From positions 887-64,886 of the forward strand of contig CAYHDI010000003.1 in assembly GCA_964355645.1 (NCBI GenBank): a DNA stretch of 64,000 nucleotides, read 5' to 3'. The position numbers were made by a program, and so were the translations under genes. Positions within the stretch are counted from its first letter, which is position 1. Every line of letters starts with the position of its first letter. The notes under the pieces were generated by a model, which did no database searches, had not been told where the DNA came from, and worked only from the letters and a program-made list of their open reading frames with translations. Below are positions 28,596 to 38,279 of this stretch, in pieces. The DNA is from an uncultured Candidatus Saccharibacteria bacterium (GTDB taxonomy: Bacteria > Patescibacteriota > Minisyncoccia > Phycocordibacterales > Zambryskibacteraceae).

Positions 28596-28631
28596 TGGTC
28601 TATCTTATCAATAAATTGACCCGTTTCAAAG

Positions 28632-31600
28632 CTATAAAGCTTTGATTTTGTCGGCAATTAAACTAGTCTCGCCGTTGCGTTTGGAAACTTTGCCTTTGAT
28701 AGCAATACACGCTTCTGGAATTATAAAAGATCTAAATTCATCAAAAATTCTCGGGAAGACGACCACATCAATTTTGCCAGTAAAGTCTGAGACTTCGATG
28801 AAAACCATACGTTCATTCTTCTTGGTCAACACATCACGAATATTTTCAATAATTCCTCCGATGACCACGATGTCTCCTTCTTTTAAATCATTTAATCTCT
28901 TTATATTTGTATCTTTGGTTTCAAGTTTGTCTTTGTAAGCTTCAAGCGGGTGTCCGGAAATATAAAGTCCGAGCAAATCTTTCTCCCATTTCAATTTGTC
29001 AGTTTTCGAAGCCAGAGGTGCATCAGTCAGACGAAGAGTAGGAAGAGTTGAGGTATCAGACATCAAACCGAAGAGCGAATCTTGTCCATCGGGTTTGTTT
29101 AATCGTTCTCTGTTGTAGGCGAGAAGATTTTCTATGTTTGCATCAAGAATTCCTCGGTCACCAAATTCGTCCATGGCCCCCGAACGAATCAAGGCCTCGA
29201 GAGATTTCTTGTTCAAATTTTTGTCTTTCACTCGATCAAGAAAATCTGAAAGTGATTCAAATTTACCCCCTCGTTTACGTTCCTCGATGATAGAAGTAGA
29301 AATACCCTGGCCAAAGTTTTTTATAGTAGTTAATCCGAAGCGAATTTTGTGAGGATGAGAATCTTTCACCACGGTAAACTGCGAGAAACTTTCATTGACT
29401 GATGGAGGCAGAACTTCAATACCCATCCGTTTGCACTCATTAATCATGATTCCAATCCTTTCGACATCTCCCGAATCAGCGGTCAAAACTGCGGACATAT
29501 ATATGGCAGGGAAGTTTGCCTTGAGATACGCGGTCTGATAGGCAGTGAAGCCGTAGCTTGCGGCGTGAGCTTTGTTGAATCCATAGCCCTGAAACGGTTC
29601 GAAAAGGTTCCAAAGTTCTTCAGCCTTCGATTTGCTCATTCCTCCGTGGGTCATACAGCCCTCAACGAAAATCACATGTTGCTTGGCCATCTCTTTCGGA
29701 ATTTTCTTGCCAACCGCCTTGCGAAATTTATCCACTTCACTCCAGGTATATCCAGCTACTTCTATGGCCGTCATCAAAAGATCGTCTTGATAAACCAACA
29801 CCCCATACGTGGTATCAAGGAATTTTTTCATTTTTGGGTGAGGATAAGTCACCGGCTTTTTCCCGTGCTTGCGTTTGATGTATTCGTTGATGTTGTCCAT
29901 GGGGCCAGGACGATAAAGAGCTACCATCACGTTGATATCGTGAATAGAAGTGGGTTTAAGTTCCATCAAGGATTTGGTCATACCTGGTCCATTCAGCTGA
30001 AATGTACCTTCAGTTTCTCCTCGGGAAAGCATTTGAAAAGTTTTCTTGTCATCCAGCGGAATTCTTTCTATGTCTACATCTTGCCCATCGATTTTTTTTA
30101 TACGTTCTACTGCGTCGGCAATAATAGAAAGATTTTTAATTCCCAGAAAATCAAATTTAAGTAGACCCACCCCGTTTTCGTCTATGGAGTACATGTCGTA
30201 TTGAGTGATGATTTTGTTTTCGCCTTTGGTATCAAATTGAAGGGGGGTGTAATCAGTCATCGGCCCCGGAGAAATCACCACCCCAGCGGCGTGTACAGAA
30301 ATGTGTCGAGCATTGCCCTCGATTTTCTTGGCCATATTAATAATGGTTTGCGTTTCCATATCTTCATCAAACAACTTTTTCAAATCAGGATTCTCTTTCA
30401 TCGCCCGGTCGAGGGTCATGGGAAATCCTTGAGCGCCTAAAGGGATCATCTTGGCAATCCTATCTCCCACTGCATATGCAAAGTTCATAGCTCGGGCTAC
30501 ATCACGAACCGCTCCTCTAGCCATCATTGTTCCGAAGGTACCGATTTGAGCCACATGATCTGACCCATACTTTTTCTTGGCATATTCAATCATTTCATCT
30601 CTACGATTATCCGCGAAGTCCATATCAATATCCGGCGCAGACGGCCTGTCCGGATTTAAAAAACGCTCGAAGGGTAATTTGTATTCGATTGGGTTAACGT
30701 TTGTGATTTGAGCCAAATAAGTGACCATAGAACCAGCCACGGAACCTCTGATGTTCGTGAAAATGCCGTGGCTATGAGCATAATTCAGAAGGTCTCCAAC
30801 CACGAGAAAATAAGGAGAATAGCCTTTGTCTTTAATTATTTTCAATTCATATTCCACACGATCCAAAGCCACTTTCTCTTTCGCCACCCCTCGGCGTTCG
30901 AAGCCCTTATAAACCAAATCTCGAAGTTCTTTGTCTGCCGTTCGACCATTTTCAATAATATAATTTGGGAAAGCCCATGAACCCAATTTAAGTTCGAGAT
31001 TGCACATGTCGGCAATCTTTTTAGTATTATCAAGGGCTTCGGGAATATGTTTGAAATATTTCACCGCTGTTTCAGGGCTAATGAAAGAAAAATCTTCCTC
31101 GTTTCCATCAAAACTATTTGTCACTTCTTTGCCCAAATGGCCTTGGATAGAAAGGACGACTTCTCGGACAGATTTATCTTCGGGCTCAAGATAATAAACA
31201 TCATGAGAAGCCATGATAGGAGTATTTGTTTTCTTGGCCAGTTTGATTAGTTCCTTCTGTCCTTCCTCGTGGCCATTTATTTCTGGATGATGAGTAATCT
31301 CTATGTAGAATTTGTCGGGGCCGAAAATCTTTTTGTACGAGGAAATGATTTCTTCATTTTTTTCTTTTGAAAATGATGGGAAGAGAGCAATCAGTCCTTC
31401 GTGATGTTTTTCCAAAAGTTCTTTATCAACACGAGGTTTATAATAAAATCCTTCGAGGTATGAAGCCGTTACTATCTTCATCAGATTTTTATAACCAGTT
31501 TCGTTTTCTACCAGAAGTACGAGTCGTGAACGAGTATTGTCAATGCGAGCTTCTTTGTCCAATCTTCCCCGCTTGGCCACATAAGCATCCACACCGATAA

Positions 31601-31787
31601 TGGGTTTGATATCTTGGGCTCGGCATTCTTTATAAAATTCTATAGCTCCGTATAGATTGCCCGAATCGGTCAGGGCCAATGCCTCCATCCCAAAATCCTT
31701 GGCTCGCTTCACTAAATCAGGGATTTTCGGCAAAGCTTCCAAGAGAGAATAATGGCTGTGAGTGTGGAGGTGGACAAATCGCTTCAT
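28632..31787 (-). CDS. dnaE: DNA polymerase III alpha subunit
   Basis: FVHLHTHS.YSLL, RGS, PDIDMD, HAAGVVI, KFDFLG, GFNKAHA. Confidence 0.97.
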   Translation of the reverse strand: MKRFVHLHTHSHYSLLEALPKIPDLVKRAKDFGMEALALTDSGNLYGAIEFYKECRAQDIKPIIGVDAYVAKRGRLDKEARIDNTRSRLVLLVENETGYKNLMKIVTASYLEGFYYKPRVDKELLEKHHEGLIALFPSFSKEKNEEIISSYKKIFGPDKFYIEITHHPEINGHEEGQKELIKLAKKTNTPIMASHDVYYLEPEDKSVREVVLSIQGHLGKEVTNSFDGNEEDFSFISPETAVKYFKHIPEALDNTKKIADMCNLELKLGSWAFPNYIIENGRTADKELRDLVYKGFERRGVAKEKVALDRVEYELKIIKDKGYSPYFLVVGDLLNYAHSHGIFTNIRGSVAGSMVTYLAQITNVNPIEYKLPFERFLNPDRPSAPDIDMDFADNRRDEMIEYAKKKYGSDHVAQIGTFGTMMARGAVRDVARAMNFAYAVGDRIAKMIPLGAQGFPMTLDRAMKENPDLKKLFDEDMETQTIINMAKKIEGNARHISVHAAGVVISPGPMTDYTPLQFDTKGENKIITQYDMYSIDENGVGLLKFDFLGIKNLSIIADAVERIKKIDGQDVDIERIPLDDKKTFQMLSRGETEGTFQLNGPGMTKSLMELKPTSIHDINVMVALYRPGPMDNINEYIKRKHGKKPVTYPHPKMKKFLDTTYGVLVYQDDLLMTAIEVAGYTWSEVDKFRKAVGKKIPKEMAKQHVIFVEGCMTHGGMSKSKAEELWNLFEPFQGYGFNKAHAASYGFTAYQTAYLKANFPAIYMSAVLTADSGDVERIGIMINECKRMGIEVLPPSVNESFSQFTVVKDSHPHKIRFGLTTIKNFGQGISTSIIEERKRGGKFESLSDFLDRVKDKNLNKKSLEALIRSGAMDEFGDRGILDANIENLLAYNRERLNKPDGQDSLFGLMSDTSTLPTLRLTDAPLASKTDKLKWEKDLLGLYISGHPLEAYKDKLETKDTNIKRLNDLKEGDIVVIGGIIENIRDVLTKKNERMVFIEVSDFTGKIDVVVFPRIFDEFRSFIIPEACIAIKGKVSKRNGETSLIADKIKAL

Positions 31788-31805
31788 AAGGTCATTATAA
31801 TACAA

Positions 31806-32396
31806 ATGAGATATATAGTCGGCATTGACGAAGCTGGGAGAGGGCCGCTTGCCGGACCGGTGGCTGTAGGGGCAGTTCGAATCAATACTGATTTCAATAA
31901 GCGATTTTTTAAGGGTATAAAAGATTCTAAAAAATTATCTGAAGAAAAACGAGAACTCTGGTTCAATCTGGCGATTGAGGCGCAAAGAAAAAAGGGATTT
32001 GAGTTTGCTGTTGCATTGATTTCAGAAAAAATTATAGACAAACATGGGATTGCTTATGCTATTCGTTTGGGGATAAAGAGATGTTTGATTAAATTGAAAG
32101 TTTCTGATAATTCGAAAATATTTTTAGACGGTGGAATCAAAGCCCCAGAAAATTTTCTTCATCAAACTACGATTATAAAAGGGGATGAGAAGATTCCAGT
32201 CATTTCCCTCGCTTCAATTTGCGCGAAAGTTACTAGAGATAGGTTTATGATTAAGCTTTCCAAAAAATATCCGCAGTATAATTTTCATATTCACAAAGGT
32301 TATGGCACCCTTATGCACCGCAAGCTTATAAAGAAACACGGTCCGAGTCCAGCGCATCGCAAAAGCTTTTTGAAGAATTTCAAACGAAAGTCTTGA
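31806..32396 (+). CDS. rnhB: Ribonuclease HII
   Basis: GIDEAGRGPLAGPV, DSKKL, KGD, ASICAKV.RD, KGYGT. Confidence 0.96.
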   Translation: MRYIVGIDEAGRGPLAGPVAVGAVRINTDFNKRFFKGIKDSKKLSEEKRELWFNLAIEAQRKKGFEFAVALISEKIIDKHGIAYAIRLGIKRCLIKLKVSDNSKIFLDGGIKAPENFLHQTTIIKGDEKIPVISLASICAKVTRDRFMIKLSKKYPQYNFHIHKGYGTLMHRKLIKKHGPSPAHRKSFLKNFKRKS

Positions 32397-32476
32397 CTAT
32401 TTTGCCATAATATGCTAGGATAATAAATAGAAATCCGGATTCGCCCGGATAAATTTGTCTCTAATTCGGAGGGGCC

Positions 32477-32944
32477 GTGGCTAGACATTTCGCTGCGGCT
32501 CTTATCCGCCGCAAAGATCCAGTGACTGGTGTGCGTCAAGTGCTTATCATTCACTATTATCCAGTAAGGATATTATCGAATGGCAGGCGAGTAAGAACCG
32601 GTCAATTTCAAATCAAGTTCGCTGGGGGCAAGGGTGAAGGAAACGAAACCCCCAGACAGACGGTTCGACGTGAATGCATACCGGAAACGGGGCTCATCAT
32701 TCGCGGGCACAAAGAGTTCTGTGAACTTGTGATTCCGGATGGTCCCCAGTACTTCTTCCTTGCTGAATTTGATAGATGCAAGGGGAAGTTGCGCACCAAG
32801 ATTTATCACGATCAAAGAGCAGATCTTGGGCCGCCTAGATGGGCGGACGAAGATAAGATTGGACCATTGCTCTTTGGTAATCATGGTGAGGCATTCCGAA
32901 TGTACAAAAAGCAAGAGCTCGAGCTCGCCCAGAATCATATCTGA
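32477..32944 (+). CDS. NUDIX-like hydrolase
   Basis: GGKGEGNETPRQTVRRECIPETGL (degenerate Nudix box); own TTGACT-N17-TAGGAT promoter and GGAGG SD. Confidence 0.65.
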   Translation: MARHFAAALIRRKDPVTGVRQVLIIHYYPVRILSNGRRVRTGQFQIKFAGGKGEGNETPRQTVRRECIPETGLIIRGHKEFCELVIPDGPQYFFLAEFDRCKGKLRTKIYHDQRADLGPPRWADEDKIGPLLFGNHGEAFRMYKKQELELAQNHI

Positions 32945-32987
32945 GGCGGGCCTTTTCTTTTATAAACATTTTTGCTAAGCTTTCAAT

Positions 32988-33158
32988 ATGGTAGTACGAA
33001 TGAGACACACGAGGTCGCAAACAAATCAGAGGCGATCTCATCACGGGCTTTCGAAGCCCGCTTTGACCAAAGACAAATCCGGATCTGTCCATCTTCGACA
33101 TAGGATGGACCCGAAGACCGGAATGTACAAAGGTCGAAAGGTCACAAAGACTAAATAG
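32988..33158 (+). CDS. rpmF: 50S ribosomal protein L32 (Zn-free; not in the ORF track)
   Basis: Hand translation MVVRMRHTRSQTNQRRSHHGLSKPALTKDKSGSVHLRHRMDPKTGMYKGRKVTKTK. Confidence 0.9.
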   Translation: MVVRMRHTRSQTNQRRSHHGLSKPALTKDKSGSVHLRHRMDPKTGMYKGRKVTKTK

Positions 33159-33178
33159 CATTTCTTGTTCTTTCTCAT

Positions 33179-34093
33179 ATGGCCAACAGACACCTTTCAA
33201 GATCGGTGGTTCTCCAAACACTTTTTGAGTGGGACTTTGATCATGAGAGAAACGATAAGGCGGAACCAATTTTTGAGAGGATATTAGCCGAATTTGCTTC
33301 GGGTTCGAATGATAAACCGTTCATGGAGACTCTTCTTCATACGGTTATAGAAAGAAGAAAAGATATTGATTTGCTTATTGAGAAGGCTGCTCCGGATTGG
33401 CCACTCGAGAAGATTTCCATAGTAGATAGAAATATTTTGCGTATTGGTTTGGCCGAACTTTTGTTTGCAGATAGAGAAGAAGTACCTCCGAAAGTGGCTA
33501 TCAATGAAGCCATAGAGCTGGCCAAGAGCTTTGGAGGAGAAACATCAGGTAGGTTTGTAAACGGTGTTCTCGGTGCTGTTTATAAAGAAATGGGTGAACC
33601 GGGCAAGGATGATAAGCCTCGTCCAAAGAAAAAATACGGCAATGTTCCGGACAGCGAGCTTCCTCTTGAACGCTTGGCTGGCGCAGTGGTCTTCGCCCAT
33701 CATGAAGGAAATATTTATTTGGCTCTGGTGCACGACGTGTTTGGACATTGGACTTTGACCAAAGGCAAGCTCGCCGAAAATGAAACCGAAGAAGAGAGTC
33801 TTGTGCGCAAAGTTCCGATTGAAATCGGTGTGCCGATCAAAGTTGGAGTGAAGCTCGGAGGAAATTCGTATTCCACTTTTCATCCGGAGAAAGGCAAGAT
33901 TCGAAAAGAAACTTCATACTTTCTAGCCGAAGCCCCGTATCAAGATTTAACTTTGGATAATAAGGAAGACAAGGGGGGACTTGATGATGTGAAGTGGTTC
34001 AAATTGGCAGACATTTTGGATTTAAATTTTTATGATGACATTTTGCCTATTGTGACGAAAGCCATCACTCTGCTTGCAGAAAATCATTCGTGA
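33179..34093 (+). CDS. nusB: NusB fused to a C-terminal NUDIX-like domain
   Basis: RHLSR..LQTLFE, DRNILR, VAINEAIELAK.FG, FVNGVLG; then LALVHD..GHWTLTKGK..ENE. Confidence 0.9.
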   Translation: MANRHLSRSVVLQTLFEWDFDHERNDKAEPIFERILAEFASGSNDKPFMETLLHTVIERRKDIDLLIEKAAPDWPLEKISIVDRNILRIGLAELLFADREEVPPKVAINEAIELAKSFGGETSGRFVNGVLGAVYKEMGEPGKDDKPRPKKKYGNVPDSELPLERLAGAVVFAHHEGNIYLALVHDVFGHWTLTKGKLAENETEEESLVRKVPIEIGVPIKVGVKLGGNSYSTFHPEKGKIRKETSYFLAEAPYQDLTLDNKEDKGGLDDVKWFKLADILDLNFYDDILPIVTKAITLLAENHS

Positions 34094-34108
34094 GTGTATA
34101 CAAAAGCT

Positions 34109-34798
34109 ATGGATTTCAGCAAATTTGAAAAAACAGCGGGAGTGGCATTCAAGGACAAGGCGCTTTTAAAGCAAGCGTTTATTCATCGTTCATATATAAA
34201 CGAGAATCGTTCATCAGGCCTCGAGCACAACGAGCGACTTGAATTCTTGGGTGATGCGGTTCTTGAGCTTGTTATCACAAATTTTCTATACAAAAAATAT
34301 AAGGATATGGATGAAGGTAAACTTACGAGTCTTCGTTCAGCTCTGGTGAATGCTGATACCTGCGCAGAAGTAGCCTCCAAACTTGGAGCCAATGATTTTC
34401 TTCTGCTTTCCAAAGGAGAATCAAAGGATATTGGTCGGGCTAGACAATATATATTAGCCAATACTCTCGAAGCAATTATTGGTGCGATTTATCTTGATCA
34501 AGGATTGGAAGTGGCTGAGAAATTTATTTCAAATCACATCATTCCTCTCACTGAAAATATTGTTGAGAAAGGCACATGGATTGATGCGAAGAGTATGTTT
34601 CAGGAGAAAGCCCAAGAACACGAAGGGACAACGCCGTTGTACAAAACTCTTCATGAATCCGGGCCGGATCACGACAAGAAGTTTACTATTGGGGTCTATG
34701 TGGGCAAAGATTTGGTCGGAGAAGGCAGTGGTCTGAGCAAACAAGACGCTGAACAAGACGCTGCCCGAAATGCTTTGAAAAATAAGGGTTGGAATTAA
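34109..34798 (+). CDS. rnc: Ribonuclease III
   Basis: HNERLEFLGDAVL and a dsRBD (GPDHDKKF, KQDAEQ.AA). Confidence 0.97.
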   Translation: MDFSKFEKTAGVAFKDKALLKQAFIHRSYINENRSSGLEHNERLEFLGDAVLELVITNFLYKKYKDMDEGKLTSLRSALVNADTCAEVASKLGANDFLLLSKGESKDIGRARQYILANTLEAIIGAIYLDQGLEVAEKFISNHIIPLTENIVEKGTWIDAKSMFQEKAQEHEGTTPLYKTLHESGPDHDKKFTIGVYVGKDLVGEGSGLSKQDAEQDAARNALKNKGWN

Positions 34799-34820
34799 AA
34801 TCTTACTTTTGCCTCTCAAG

Positions 34821-34872
34821 GGTTTACATAGACCAAAAAAGGGGTTTACATAGAACCTATTTTTGGTTTACA
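34821..34872 (+). promoter_or_regulatory. Three GGTTTACA direct repeats at 22-bp spacing
   Basis: Copies start at 34821, 34843 and 34865, just upstream of the HTH-ATPase gene. Confidence 0.65.
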
Positions 34873-34883
34873 ATGGCTATATT

Positions 34884-35918
34884 ATGGACAAAAACTTATC
34901 TGAAGTTAGAAGATTTATACTAGAAAACATTGAGAATCATTCCTCAGATATAGTGGCTACTGTTGCAAATGAATTTGGTTTTTCTAGACAAAGAGCGCAT
35001 GCATATCTAGTTAGAGAGATAAAAATTGGAAAAATTATTAAAGTTGGCGATCGAAGATGGACGCATTATTTTCTTGCTGGAGGCAAGAAGCTTAACTTTT
35101 CCTCAAAGATTAATAGTTCTGAAAATAAGGACGAAGATAGAGTGTGGGGAAAATACATTAAACCCATGGTGACAAAGTATTCAAGTAATGTAATAAAAAT
35201 ATGTGCTTATGTTTTTACTGAAATTTTTAATAACGCAATAGATCATTCAGGGGGGACTGAGGTATACACCGAATTTGAATTAAAAGATGGTAGTATAAAT
35301 ATTAGCATCCTTGATAATGGAATAGGAATATTTAAAAAAATTCAGGATGCTTTGCACTTAGAATCAAAAAGAGAGGCTATTCTGCACCTATCAAAAGGGA
35401 AATTTACCACCGATCCAAGCAAACACACCGGAGAGGGTATATTTTTTACTTCCAGAATGCTTGACAGTTTTTCTATATTTTCTGATGATTTGTTCTATAC
35501 TTTTAAGGGAAATGATTGGTTTATTTCATCAGAAAGACCTGAGGATTTTGGTAAAGGAACATACATACAAATGGTTTTATCTACAACATCAACAACAGAA
35601 ACCAAGAAGATATTCGATAGATATAAAGATAAGGAAATTGGTTTTGGGAAAACAATAGTTGCCGTGGCTTTAAGTGCAGACCCTGGAGACCCACATGTAT
35701 CAAGATCTCAAGCTAAAAGGCTATTGGTTGGTTTAGAAAAATTCAAAAGAATTGTCTTAGACTTTAAGGGAATTGAATCTGTAGGGCAGGCATTTGTAGA
35801 TGAAGTTTTTCGTGTATTCAGGAATGAACACCCCGCTATAGAAATCAACTACTTTAACACTAACGAAGAAGTTGAATCGATGATTAAAAGAGGAATTTCT
35901 GAAAACAAACTAGTCTAA
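34884..35918 (+). CDS. HTH + HATPase-like + STAS-like (DUF4325) protein
   Basis: N-terminal HTH (FGFSRQRAH), EIFNNAIDHS, DNGIGIF, HTGEGIFF, SRSQAKR, LDFKGIESVGQAFVDEVFRVF; AT-rich. Confidence 0.8.
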   Translation: MDKNLSEVRRFILENIENHSSDIVATVANEFGFSRQRAHAYLVREIKIGKIIKVGDRRWTHYFLAGGKKLNFSSKINSSENKDEDRVWGKYIKPMVTKYSSNVIKICAYVFTEIFNNAIDHSGGTEVYTEFELKDGSINISILDNGIGIFKKIQDALHLESKREAILHLSKGKFTTDPSKHTGEGIFFTSRMLDSFSIFSDDLFYTFKGNDWFISSERPEDFGKGTYIQMVLSTTSTTETKKIFDRYKDKEIGFGKTIVAVALSADPGDPHVSRSQAKRLLVGLEKFKRIVLDFKGIESVGQAFVDEVFRVFRNEHPAIEINYFNTNEEVESMIKRGISENKLV

Positions 35919-36049
35919 ATATGCAATCTATCAGGATAGAATTAGGGTCTGCTATAATAATGAGACATGTATCTCGTTAGAAGTAACATTTAATATGAAA
36001 AATTTTAGCTTTATTATTGGAGGTTTTATCAGAAATAACTTCTAACGGG

Positions 36050-38278
36050 ATGTATCTGAAATCGATTGAACTTTCGGGTTTTAAATCGTTCGCCAAGAAA
36101 AGCGAACTTATTTTTAATTCTCCCATTTCAGCCATCGTTGGGCCGAACGGTTCGGGCAAATCAAATGTAGCCGAAGCTTTTCGTTTTGTACTCGGCGAAC
36201 AGTCCATCAAATCTCTACGAGGCAAGAAAGGTGAGGATTTGATTTTCAACGGCGCGGGAGGGGAATCAAGAGCGAATCGCGGTTCGGTCAAAGTGGTTTT
36301 CGACAACCCGGACAAAACTTTTGGCATTGATTTCCCTGAAGTGACCATCGAACGTGTAGTTCATCGAGATGGAATTAATGATTATTTCATCAATGGTTCA
36401 GCCGTCAGGTTAAAGGATGTCATCGAACTTTTGCTCAAGGCGCACATCGGCTCATCAGGTCACCACATTATCTCTCAAGGTGAAGCGGATAAGATTTTGA
36501 ATTCTACGACCAAGGAGCGCAAAGCGATGATTGAAGACGCTCTCGGGCTTCGACTCTATCAATATAAACGTATAGAAAGTGAACGAAAACTTCAAAAGAC
36601 TTTTGAAAACATCGCCCAAGTTGAACTTTTGCGCAAGGAAATCGCTCCGCATTTGAAGTTTCTACACAAACAAGTTGAGAAAGTTGAGAAACTTGAAAGC
36701 ATGAAATCAAGTTTGATTGAACTGGCTCGTGATTATTTCAGAAATGAGGATTTGTATATTAGTTTGAGCAGGAAAGTTTTGTCTGAAGAAAGGAAACCCA
36801 TTGATGCAGAACTAGAAAAACTTTCAAAAGAATTGTTTGGAGCAAAAAAAATTCTCGAGGATTCAGCCAAGGAAGAAAAGAAAGACTACTTGGTTCTCAA
36901 TCTTGAATCAGAAATATCGGGGGTAAGAACTCACAAAGACTCATTGGTTAGAAATTTGGGCAAAATCGAAGGTTCAATTGAGGTTGAAGAAAGAGTTGTC
37001 AAGAAGCAACAGGAACTTGCCACTTCAAACGAGAACAAGATGATTCGTTTAAAGGACGTTGAAAGCTTGTATGAAGAGATTTCTTTGTTTTCAACTATTG
37101 CTGATGTTTTAAACAAAATAAAGGAATTTATTAAAGCCCAGAGGTATTCAGCTGATTCGGCCACATCTCTAGAAGCAGAAAAATTTATAAAAGAACTCTC
37201 AATAAACAAAGAAAATTTAGAAAAGGAAATTAAACTAGCCGACGAGAAAGAGAAGACTCTTCGACTGAGATACGAAGAACTTAAACACGAGATAGAGAAG
37301 GAGAAGGATTCGAGTCGAGATGCGGAACGGACAGTATTTAGGATTATGTCCGAAGAAAACGAATTGATTTCTAAACTTAATCTGATTAAATCAAGAGAAG
37401 AGATTTTGAAAAAAGATGAAGATGAATTTAAAAGAGAAATGAGCGAGGTTGGAGTTCTCGTAGGTGTAGACGCATTGCATTTCCATGGTGAGAGTTCAAC
37501 CCAAACCAAAGATAACATTTTGATCGAAGATAGAAAAATTCAAGAAGAGAAAAAGCGCGAGATAGGGAAGCTGAAGATTCGACTTGAAGATTCAGGAGTG
37601 GCCGGCTCGGATGAAGTGATGAAAGAATACAAGGACGTAAGTGAACGAGATGAATTCCTGGCTCGTGAACTGCTTGATTTGGAAAAATCGGCCGAATCAT
37701 TGAAGCAGTTGGTCAAGGATTTGGCTGAAAGATTGGCCATTGAATTTTCTATGGGAGTAACGAATATCAACAAAGAATTCGGAGGGCTTTTCAGCGCGAT
37801 GTTTGGTGGGGGAGATGCGAGATTAATTCTTACAAAAAACAAAAAACAAAAAATAGAGACTTTGATAGAGAATGAAGAATTGGATAGTTTGAGTGATATA
37901 GAAGAAGGTGAAGAAGTAATTGAAGAGGGGCTCGACATTGCCGTCAATCTTCCAAGAAAGAAAATCAAAGGCTTGATGATGCTCTCTGGTGGAGAAAGGG
38001 CCCTCACTTCTATCGCTCTGCTCTTTGCTATCTCTGCCGTGAATCCTCCCCCATTCATTATTCTCGATGAGACTGACGCTGCCCTCGATGAAGCCAATTC
38101 GAAGAAGTATGGAGACTTGGTCGAGAAACTTTCAAAGCATTCTCAACTTATTTTAATTACTCACAATAGAGAAACCATGAGTCGCGCAGGAATTATCTAT
38201 GGTGTGACCATGTCTTCAACAGGTGTATCCAAGCTCCTTTCTATCGAATTCGCCGAAGCAGTCGAGGTGGCGAAATAA
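36050..38278 (+). CDS. smc: SMC-family ATPase, short, with no recognisable hinge
   Basis: LKSIELSGFKSF, GPNGSGKSN, LSGGE, ILDETDAALDE, ITHN; about 742 aa. Confidence 0.85.
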   Translation: MYLKSIELSGFKSFAKKSELIFNSPISAIVGPNGSGKSNVAEAFRFVLGEQSIKSLRGKKGEDLIFNGAGGESRANRGSVKVVFDNPDKTFGIDFPEVTIERVVHRDGINDYFINGSAVRLKDVIELLLKAHIGSSGHHIISQGEADKILNSTTKERKAMIEDALGLRLYQYKRIESERKLQKTFENIAQVELLRKEIAPHLKFLHKQVEKVEKLESMKSSLIELARDYFRNEDLYISLSRKVLSEERKPIDAELEKLSKELFGAKKILEDSAKEEKKDYLVLNLESEISGVRTHKDSLVRNLGKIEGSIEVEERVVKKQQELATSNENKMIRLKDVESLYEEISLFSTIADVLNKIKEFIKAQRYSADSATSLEAEKFIKELSINKENLEKEIKLADEKEKTLRLRYEELKHEIEKEKDSSRDAERTVFRIMSEENELISKLNLIKSREEILKKDEDEFKREMSEVGVLVGVDALHFHGESSTQTKDNILIEDRKIQEEKKREIGKLKIRLEDSGVAGSDEVMKEYKDVSERDEFLARELLDLEKSAESLKQLVKDLAERLAIEFSMGVTNINKEFGGLFSAMFGGGDARLILTKNKKQKIETLIENEELDSLSDIEEGEEVIEEGLDIAVNLPRKKIKGLMMLSGGERALTSIALLFAISAVNPPPFIILDETDAALDEANSKKYGDLVEKLSKHSQLILITHNRETMSRAGIIYGVTMSSTGVSKLLSIEFAEAVEVAK

Positions 38279-38279
38279 T

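Noticed and set aside
34821-34872. Possible mini-CRISPR or iterons
   Set aside because: Repeats are 8-13 nt with short spacers and there is no rep or cas gene; an operator fits better.
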